From assembly GCA_964304625.1 (NCBI GenBank), contig OZ199838.1:481059-545058 (forward strand): DNA of 64,000 bases, given 5' to 3'. The first letter of the stretch is position 1. Each line of letters begins with the position of its first letter. This document shows positions 1 to 10,035 of this stretch, piece after piece. A program made the position numbers and the translations under genes. The notes under the pieces were generated by a model. That model was not told where the DNA came from, did no database searches, and worked only from the letters and a program-made list of their open reading frames with translations. This DNA is from Kudoa neothunni. Lineage: Eukaryota > Animalia > Cnidaria.

Positions 1-72
1 GTTGAATTCCTCCACTCATATCGATACAAATTTAAACAAAATATTTTTTATTAATTTACAAATAGTAAGATA

Positions 73-3000
73 ATGATGATGAGATTATCTTTACGACAAC
101 GAATCACTTCTACAACATACCTGGTCATCTTCACTCGTATTTTTCTTTGAGATTATATATATATTAATCGTTATTAGTGTTTTTTGCAAACAATGTGATC
201 TCTGATAATATTGATAATAATATAATGAAAGTTAATTTTTCACATAATAAAGAGAAATATATTATTTCAATTTCTGGATATGATATTGAGAATAGCTTCA
301 GACATTGTGCCCTCCAATACTATGGACAAACTAAGGAAGCAATTAGCTTCGCCTCTAAATGTGCTACGGACATAAGTGGTGCAAAATTGGATCAGAAATT
401 AAATATGTGTACTTACACATGTAAAAAAATTGAATTAAATCTGAATGGTACAGAGTTTAAAACAATCAAATTTTTAAAATGGTGCCAAGGTATGAATGAG
501 AATGATGTAAAAAAATGCACAACCAAGAGAGTTTTTGCCATAAAAAGTATAGCAACATATATCATATTATTTAATATAGAAAAATAGATCTTTACATAAA
601 GAGTTCGTTGACTGCAACCAAAACGAATGGTACGTTCACTATTTCAGTTCGAAGTAAAGAAAGCCGTGGTTTGATTGTCAAAGACATTCCTGCTTCAAAA
701 GTTAGCCAAGAATCATCACCTGAATTTTATACAGCCAAATCTATTACACTACCTTCTAAATCATATCAACCTACGTATGTGATTGAAGTCGATCAAAAAA
801 CGCCAGCAATTTTATTGAGTCCAAAAAACATTAATGAGGATTGGTTTATTGCTACTGGATCAAAACAAACCCACATTAATAATTATTATACAGTTACGCT
901 CCAAAATCCGAAACCTTCTCAAATTTGTTACTTTGGAATAAAAAATATTAATGACTCTCATTTTTCCTCTAGTTGCTCAGCTATGAATCGAGCTGGACCC
1001 TGTTTTCAACCTTGTTATAAAGCAACTTTGTATCATGATCAAATTTTTGATTTCGCTCAAGTACTTGTAAAACCCCTAGACAAGATCATATCCAAAGAGT
1101 TTATTCAAACTATAACATGTAAATTGTAATTTATCTGTTGTTTTTTATCGATTCTATAGTCTGTTGCAATCAACCCACTGTTACTGTAACTGGAAAGAAT
1201 GGAGCGACCTTAGCGTTAACTAATCTAAATAAAAATAAAGACACCAAACAAGCTGTAGAGGGAGCGTCTATTGTAGAAATCAAAATAATAGAGAAAAATC
1301 TGGGAATTAACGATAATTGGGAAAATCTCCCGTGCAACGGAGAATGTAACAGTTTTCAACCGATAACTTTGAGCTTGCTTGTACCACTAACAGAATACAT
1401 TTTAAAAGTTAAAATAAAAGGACTTGAAACATTAGATTCTATCGAAGTTAATTATTATCACCGTTATTTTTATTTCAAAACTGAAGGTACCGATAAATAT
1501 TTACTCTATATCTATAATTTCTATTAGGGGATAACTTAGCAAATAATGGTCCTTTTACGCCAGGCAACACCCCTGATCAACATAATAAACTAACCCTAAC
1601 CCTATCGAATTCATTTACCGGCGAAAACATTAATAACGAAATATGTGATCTCTATTATTCAGTCGCTGAAAGTGATTCACAAATATATCCTGCTACATGT
1701 GAAGAAGGTAGAGCTAAAAAATTTTGTTCTGGTACTTGTAATAGCCAGTTCTATATAATAAATCTTGATCCTAAAACAAACTACAAAATAACTGTTTGCC
1801 CGAAAGGATATAACTGCATTACAAGCGTTACGGTGCCGAGTAATTTATTTATGGAATATAAGAATAATTAATTTAAATAGCTAGCGGAATCGATATAACA
1901 ATAGCCATATCGGAAGTTGATGGGCAAAAGAAAACTAAAGCTACAGTAACTGCTGCAGGTAAAGAATTGGGAGCTTCATGGGCGTACGTTTTACTGGAAC
2001 AAAAATCTAACAAAATTATCAAGGATTGTTTGAATGGCGGTTGTCAACCTGCTGTAACGAATGAAGCTAACACAATAGATTTATTATGGGATTCTCTCGA
2101 CTCCGAAGTTGCATATCAAATAGTGGTTATAAATGAAGAATACTCTAAACCAACAGATAAGAAAATAGAATGTAATTGCTCTTTTGTATAAATAATAATT
2201 TTATATTTTTAGCTGGTATTGAGGAAGGTGATCAGAAAATGATTCTATATTTCAATAAGCTAGAACAAGGGTACAAAGTTAAGTTCATAGATGATAAACT
2301 AACTAGTAAGAAAAAAAAAACTTACACGGTAAAAAAATCTAGTAATGACCTTTTGAGTTACGGAAATGCTGGAAAAACTAACTTAGTAATTACAAAACAA
2401 TGCAATGAACTTACATCATTTTTCGACATTGATCCTCATAGTCAGAATAAACCAAATTATATTTCCGTCACTTATTTGCACACTAAAGCTGATAATGTAG
2501 ACAATCTTCAAAAATCGGCGATTAAGAAAGAAATTATTGCGAAATCGCAATCAGTTAACGGAATCCTGCTTTCAGGAAGCAGCAATGCGGACGAGCTACT
2601 TATAGGAAATAACGGCGACACAGGGGTGATAACAAATCCAAAAGCATTACGTTCATCATCTGAAATAGAAAAACAGACTAAAACAACGACAAAAGACGTC
2701 CCTTTTAACGTAGGAAAGGTCTATTCATACTACATAGGTAATATTTAACTTTTTTCTGAATTAAATCATTTTTTGAAGATCATTACGAAGAAATTACCCA
2801 CACAGCTAAATTAGAAGACGACAATATAAAATTGGGTATAAATAAATGCTCATTAAAATGCAAATCATTCAAGGATACCAAAGAACAAAATGTTGTGAAG
2901 CAACCACAATCTTGCGGCACTCATGATAAAGTTGAAAGTTATTCGATTCAATTTGATGAATTAGTTAAAGATTATTACATAAGCTGCCCAGAATATTTTG

Positions 3001-6000
3001 ACTTCCATTATTTCTATGACAATACATTTGTTAAAAATCAAGCTCCCTTTTTCAGTAGATTTTATTACGAATTAAAAAATGTTGAACAAAAAGATACATT
3101 TACAGTTCAACTTACAAATCCAGAGCCGTCTGAAATGTGCACATTCGAATGGATAGACGCCACAGCATCAGCTTCAAACAGTTTTTTTTCGAATGAATGT
3201 AATAATATGGAAAATTGTTTTCTCAGTAGGTGCAACAGCTACAAATTTGGAAATGTGCAGCCGAGTGTAAAGGCGGTTAAAATAAGGGTGCTAAAACTAG
3301 GAATGAAACCTACTATCGGCTATCAAAATAATATACACATACGTAAGATTTAGATATATATTTAGTAAATAACACAAAATATTTTAGTGAAACATGGTGA
3401 CGATGTTCCTGCGACAACAGTTGAAAATAATATTCAAATAAACATTAAGGGGAAAGATAAAAACGAGGTTGGCCAGGATGTCAAACCAACTGTTATATGC
3501 TCCCTAAAGTTTTGGAATACATACGCTCCATTAGTTTCCGAAACTGGAAGGAAAGAGGTGAATAATCGATCAACCGATTGTAACTCTGAGGAAGTTAAAA
3601 TTACTCCTGAACCAACTCATTTACATAATGATATTATGGTAACCATAACGGGTATACCTAATTACTCGCCAAGAAAATATTTTTTCCATAAAATAGGTAT
3701 TTGATAAAATTAGACGTTATTTTAAATATTTTTTCTGCTCAAGGAAGCCAACAACTTTCCATTCCAGAGTCTTCAATCAGAACTAATGCAAATGGAATCA
3801 CAATTAACGAAAATTCAGAGGCTCCAGAAAATATTTGTACTATCTACATAAAAGAGGAAAGCGATTTATATTATCCTGCAACTTGCTTGGGAAATGTGTT
3901 GTGTGTAAAATCGTGCAAATTAAAGTTCGAGATCATTAGACTTAACTCCCATACCACGTATGCTCTCAAAATTGTCCCTAGTGGAGCTTACGAAACTCTA
4001 ATTTTTAATAATAAAAAAACCAGTAATAGTCATTATTTATATATTTAATGAGTGAATTAATAATAAATAGTTGGTAACGAAATTGAATTTGTAATTTCAA
4101 ATAATTCCGAGAAGAACAAGCTCATAATACAAACGAAGCAACCTTTGGATAACGCAAGCGATACAAAATGTTACTATCAGTTATATAAACATGAATCAAA
4201 TGAAAGTATTTGTATCATGTTACCTTTATTATCATTAAATAGCTTCACCTACGAGAATAATGAAGTCCTGCATTGATTGTGTTAATGAGGCTGATGTTAT
4301 AAAATGCAACGTTATTCAGTTTGATCATAATACATACAGTAGTAAGTATAACTACAGGATAATGATTTATGCGGACAAAAATTCGTCATCATTCAAACTA
4401 TCGATACCAGGTAACATTTACAGAGAAGTTTACATTGACATACATTTATAGCTTTTATTCGACGTGGAAAACTTGAACAAAAGTTTATAAAATCCTCGGG
4501 TGCAGAAGCTGAGAAATTTTCAGTTACATTGAAAGATTTTTCAGCGACTAAGTGTGTGATAAAAATCGCTGATTTTAGGGAAAATGCATTTAGCAAGCCA
4601 CAACTCTGCACAGGTGATAATGGTGATTGTTTAGTGAACTGCAATGAGAATGAGTTTGAAGTCGGATACATTAATTCAAAAGTTTATCGATATATATCAG
4701 TTTGTTACGGCGCAGACGACGCAGAAGCCAGAAGATGTAAAAAGATGCAAGTGTTCCCAATAATAATGAGTAATTAAAAATAATAATATTTATATAATAT
4801 AGTTTTCAACAATATTTTTTTATAGATTACAAACAAGATAACACTTATGCAATATCTTATGCTGCCGGAAAAGTTAGTTTCTCTTACAAATCAAACTCAA
4901 TAACTGAATGGAATATACAATATGACGGGAAGGATGATCCACAGAGTGACACAGAAAAGACCAAAATAAAAATCGAAGCTAATTCTGAGACTCCACAAGT
5001 TAAATCATCGTCTCTCCCACTTGATAGATACATAAGTTATTATAATGTCAGTTCAACACTGTTATGGCCTGGAATATTATATTATATGAATAATAGTTAC
5101 GTGAAATCTGAGACCCCCCTAAAATCTCAGATCATTTATTCTGTTTCAAGCGTTGTTGATAACAATAGAAACCTTCAGATTAAATTCTCTCCTGGTCCAT
5201 ATAATGACGAGATTTGTCACATCAAAGTATTTAAGGTAAGTGAAACTGACGTAGATCAAGAACCTAAGATTCTGAATGGATGCACTGGAGAGAAAAAAGA
5301 GTGCTTTCAGCTTTGTCAAGATGGTATCATTAGCTTGACGGAAGAAGGTGATAAAGTTGGAATAATTGTAAAACGAAGGTTTGATACCTCTGGATTCAAA
5401 CAATACTTTAAAAGTAGTATTGGATTCAACTTCAAAAATAATATCTTATAGGAAATGACAATGGCATAAATATAAGCAACATTAAGGATACGGAAGTCAC
5501 TCTTACCGGACTTGACGTCTATAAGCGTATGAAGACTGATGGCAATACTTCTGAATGTGCAATTAAAATACGCCTAGCAAATACTTTTTCGACTGAAAAA
5601 AAAGCTGAATGTAAGGAAAATGGTGAATGTAGTGCTGGCTGTGAAGGGTCATACACTATTAATAACCTTCAGGCCGATACAAATTATGTAGTTTCTGTCG
5701 CCATAACTAACATTGGAATTACTGATTATATTAAGAAAACAACATTCCGAACAAGTAATAGCATATTTAAAACATTGAAGTTTAACAATACATTTAGCTG
5801 AGGGAGGAACTGTAGCCGCCAAGGTTTCAAAACAAAACATAAAGAATTCCACTGCTACAATAACACCATTTGAATCTGAAAATCATTTTTCAGTCTGCAG
5901 AATATATGTTAAAAAAAATGGGACCTCAGATCCAAAATATATGGCTACGTGTGACGAAATAGGAGCATGCGAGAACAAATGTGATGTTGAGTTCAGAATA

Positions 6001-6995
6001 GTCAACCTAGAATTAGGAACTACCTACAAAGTGACCGTCGAACCATCTGATGGCAAAAAACAAAAGGAGTATTCCATTGAAACAAGTATTCCAAATCTAT
6101 CAGCTTGTTTAATTATTTTTTATAGTAAATGGTACTATTTCAATTAAGCATTCGTTGTATGGAGAAAGTGACTTGACAATTGATGTGCGTTTCGAAGGAA
6201 AAGATAACAATTCAAAATGTCCATTTATGATTCAGGAAAAAATAGGAGACAATCAGGAAGGGAAAATTGTTACATGGTGCAATGATGATGAAGAATGCTC
6301 TGCCAATAAGTGTATCATTAACATCAATAACTTGTCGAAAGGAAAAGATTACATATTGAAATTAAAAGCAAAGGATTACTCACTCTATAACAAATATATA
6401 ATTCAATGTAAACATATTTTGTTTAAACTATTAAATAATCCTTATTGTTTCATAATATATTTTGCGAAGACTCAAGAATAGGTGAAATGAAAGGGTAATT
6501 AAATTCCAATTATTTACCATATAAATAAAATAATTTATTTAGTGAATTAAATAAAAAATCCTTATGGAATAAAAAATTTATAGGAGGAGAAAATATAAGG
6601 AGTGAGTATGCTAACATTGTAGTAGATAATATTGTTCAGAAAGTAATAGAAAAGGTTGAGAAAGGGTAAAAACAATTGTTCATGTCATATTTATAAAATT
6701 ATATTTAGTAACATTATTTTAATTTAATGATCTGATAAAAAAGAAACATTGTAGATAGTAAAGAAAACCACAATTTCGATGCTGCAAAGAATAGTTATTC
6801 GTAATTTACATTTATATTTTCGAGTTTTACATTAGATAGGTCTGTTGGAAGTTACATGTAATAGAATATACATATTTGTTGTAGATAAGCTTTCTTAGAT
6901 TATATGCAATGATACCCATCGTGGTTTCACTTTTGGTAATGATAGGTATAGCTGTTTACAGAAGGAATTCTGAGGACGTTTCTTACGATCTATAA
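73..6995 (+). CDS. Large type-I membrane protein with tandem Cys-containing FN3-like modules, paralogue 1 (22 exons, ~1,970 aa)
   Basis: Manual exons: 73-136, 178-546, 588-1118, 1160-1486, 1528-1839, 1881-2171, 2213-2737, 2779-3342, 3388-3696, 3744-4022, 4071-4205, 4243-4410, 4452-4769, 4826-5413, 5452-5754, 5798-6085, 6126-6407, 6470-6493, 6584-6664, 6755-6800, 6840-6857, 6899-6995. They join into one frame with GT-AG introns (two of them nested). N-term MMMRLSLRQRITSTTYLVIFTLFFANNVIS is signal-like. Repeats end in FN3-type motifs (INLDPKTNYKITV, NNLQADTNYVVSV, VNLELGTTYKVTV, LLVPLTEYILKV). C-term YILYAMIPIVVSLLVMIGIAVY-RRNSEDVSYDL*. Confidence 0.85.
6494..6583 (+). other. Candidate nested twin intron ([D1,2] type) no. 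1, paralogue 1
   Basis: aaag|G[gtaatt..tttag 6495-6542]tgaatt..tttatag|gagga. Same layout at 10448-10536 (-) and 33342-33432 (+). Confidence 0.6.
6665..6754 (+). other. Candidate nested twin intron ([D1,2] type) no. 2, paralogue 1
   Basis: aaag|G[gtaaaa..tttag 6666-6708]taacat..ttgtag|atagt. Same layout at 10277-10366 (-) and 33514-33604 (+). Confidence 0.5.
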
Positions 6996-7489
6996 AGTCC
7001 ATGATACATTCATCATTCATTACATCAATTACCTATATTATTATAAAATTTAGTAAACAAATTTGTTATTAATTATTTAAAAATTATATTTGAATATTAT
7101 ATTTATAGTTGATAATGATTAGAATTTTTCATATTGAACTTGATTCATTTTTATCTAAACCTATATAAGAGCTTTAAAAACATACATTTTGCGCATCATT
7201 TCTTAATTCTTATTTTTTAATCCTTTTGTGCCTAATGTTCATTAAAAATTTAAATGAACAAGAGAAAAAATTACATTTACACGATTCTCTATTTTAATAT
7301 TTTCTCTGAAATAGGTTTAAAATGTTATGGTAATTATTATCTATTTAAAAACAAATTAACAATTTTTATGGATTATAACACTAGAATATGTATTCAAAAA
7401 ATTGACATGGCGCCGTTTTAAAGAATGTAACTTATTTCCATGCATTATCGTAATTAATTCAAATAAAGGTTTTTGTCAAATATATTATA

Positions 7490-7965
7490 TTTTTTTACAA
7501 GATAGAACCTCGGCGCAACTTATTATATATATTGTGGAACTCTGGTTGGTCAGACCACTTCCATTAACACTGTAGGCACTTCAGGATGTAACATGAAACC
7601 CCGCCCCCTCTCCTTGTGCGGTAGTGTGGGATTTTAACCCATGAAACATCCACGTCTCAGGGCGACCACCACCCCACATCCTATCCCTTTAAGGACGTTG
7701 GCTCTGTGAGCCCTGAAAATTACTTGCCTTCAGATGGGTTCCGGCGATTCAAACTACTATTCACGCTCAGCACTTCACGCGAATTTATTTGGCTGCCAGC
7801 CAGTGCATCCCACTTCACAGCGAGCGTACACTTTAACCACAGCTCCCAAATATGGGATAGAGACCCACCGACACGGAAGCAGTATTCTGACCACCGGTAG
7901 ATTCGAACCCATCACCTCAAGGTTCCGAGTCCGAGTGTCACGCTGATGTATTATCTGTCCTCGGC
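7490..7965 (-). mobile_element. tRNA-derived SINE (~470 bp)
   Basis: Minus-strand head gccgaggacagataatacatcagcg.. contains a B-box GGTTCGAATC, and the tail is A-rich. A full-length second copy lies at 35765-36229. Confidence 0.8.
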
Positions 7966-8354
7966 TAGTTGTTTATTAATTAACTGGATCCATGTAGGAT
8001 GTACTAATGTCTCTTGGATAACCGGAAAATTTAGTTTTTTTTTCATCGTCTTTATTTCTATATGTGATATTTTTTAATTGATACTTCAATAATGTTAAAA
8101 GTGGTTGAAAATCGTACTGTCCAACTAAAAAGATTTCTTTCGAGATGGCTAAAACTTACCTGCGCATGCGTAGTGAACGGTTGACCGGGGTTGTCAGGAT
8201 TGGTACGTTCGTACCGAAGTGCTACCTTTTCACCTTCAAGGCAAACATTTTAATTCTATCGACGATATTCGGTTCCCGGTTAGGTATTAATAACGAATGC
8301 AAAATATCATTAAAGGCTTATTTAAAAATTTATACTTTTTGCGTTTAATTAGTA

Positions 8355-9524
8355 CTAGCGAGAATTTCCCAGCATTACTTGGGGAAGATTTCGCCTAGGT
8401 ACTTTTTTTAATAGCATTCGAAAAATATATTGAAATTTCGAATTAGCCCCTAGAAATAATATAATTAATAAGTTTTAAGCAATATACTTTAACGATTTGG
8501 ACTATGAAATTTAAATTATGATCATTTCTTTAAAGGAGTGTTCCAATCCCGGTGTTCATTTAAAAATTCTGTGGCTCAGCACCAACGCTAAATACGTTAA
8601 CGTCATCGTCGAATTTTTTTCATTCTCGAATTACTTAATCCCGTTAAAGTGACATCTAAAACGTTATTTTTTGGCTCGATGGATTTTTAGAATCCAATTC
8701 TGCCAAGCTCGGGAACTATATGCACCACTAATGTTTTAAGGGAAAAAAAATAGAAAAAGTAATAGAGATAGAAGAAAACGTACGAAAATTAGTTGATAGT
8801 GCTAAAATTAGCATCGCTTGGCCCAGCAATAACTCAATGCACTTTTTCCCATAAACAGCCACGAATCGCCTAAACTTCAACATAAACAATTTAAATAATT
8901 TGGTGAAATAAAATTACAACCATCTGCATTGAATGTAATCACGGAAAGTTAAACTTAGCGGACGATTTCAATGAAATCTACGAATGCAGTATTTCCATTA
9001 TAATGCTTAAATCAATATGATCTTAACGTTCACGGCCAAACAGTTATTCATTAAACATATATAGATTTTTATCATATCTAAAGCGATTAATAGAAACTTC
9101 AAAATGTGTTTATCAAGTCATATACGTTAAAACCCCACAAATAAGGAGTGTAATTAAACAGGCACCCAAATTAAAACGCCAACCTTATACATAAAGATAG
9201 ATAGCAGAAGTTAATGAAAATTTGATTTGGAATATAAGGAGGTAAGTCAACTTCAACCGACCATCAGCAGGTCATACGCATATATATGTTAATCCTATTC
9301 TTGAACTCAAGTAATCCGTTAAACAAACTTTGAATGGACAAAATCACCATTTTCTAAATACATCTTGGAACATTTTATAGTGTGAAAACGATTTAAAGAT
9401 TTTTTAAAACATTGCGATTTTCAAAAAATTTCATAAATGTTTCTCTAAAAGGGAAAATTTTGGACGCACATGTGTACTGCTGAGACACACGGACTTTTCA
9501 GCTTTATATATATAGATAGATAGA
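8355..9524 (-). mobile_element. Non-autonomous Helitron-like element
   Basis: On the minus strand it starts A|TCTATCTATCTATATATATAAAG and ends with an imperfect hairpin cccaagtaatgctggg ~10 nt before CTAG|T. No TSD, no ORF. Confidence 0.65.
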
Positions 9525-10035
9525 TTTAAACTTTTAAAAATAATATTTTAACAAAAAACTCTAATGAAATTAATTACGATAATGTATGGAAATTAGTTAC
9601 ATTTTTTAAAAAGGCGCTATTTAAAATTATTGAAATCGTATTTTAGTGTTTTAATTTACCAACATTATTTCGAATTTGTTTTAAATAGATATAAACTATC
9701 ACATCATTTCAAAAATATTTCGGAAAAAATATTAAAAATAGAGAATCGTGTAAATTTAATTTTTTCTCTTGTTCAATTAAATTCTGAATGAATATTAGGA
9801 ACCAAGGGTTAATAAATAAGAATAAAGAAGTAATGCACCAAAAAATGTTGTTTAAGCGCCTATATAATCTTAGAAAAAAATAAATCTATGTTCGATATGA
9901 AAAAATACTAGTAGTTATCAACTATAATTATATTATTTTAAATATAATTTTTAAACAACTAATAACAAATTTGTTAACTAAATTTTACAATAATATAGGT
10001 AATTGATGTAATGAATGATGAATGTATCATGGACT

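Noticed and set aside
1588-1604. Telomere-like (TAACCC)2
   Set aside because: Only two units, inside coding sequence (KLTLTL), and not conserved in the paralogues.
177-6481. Run of same-strand short ORFs resembling a prokaryotic or viral operon
   Set aside because: The ORFs are exons. Each boundary has GT..AG, and they splice into a single frame with signal peptide and TM.
6978-6995. ITIM or YxxPhi motif in the cytoplasmic tail
   Set aside because: VSYDL* has only one residue between Y and the terminal L, so the spacing does not fit.
7706-7946. ORFs 7706-7900 and 7734-7946, and a possible tRNA gene
   Set aside because: They lie within the SINE. The head has a B-box, but I could not fold a full cloverleaf.
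7995-8290. Possible MITE (taaccgg..ccggtta) next to the SINE
   Set aside because: The inverted match is only ~7-8 bp, with no clear TSD or second copy.
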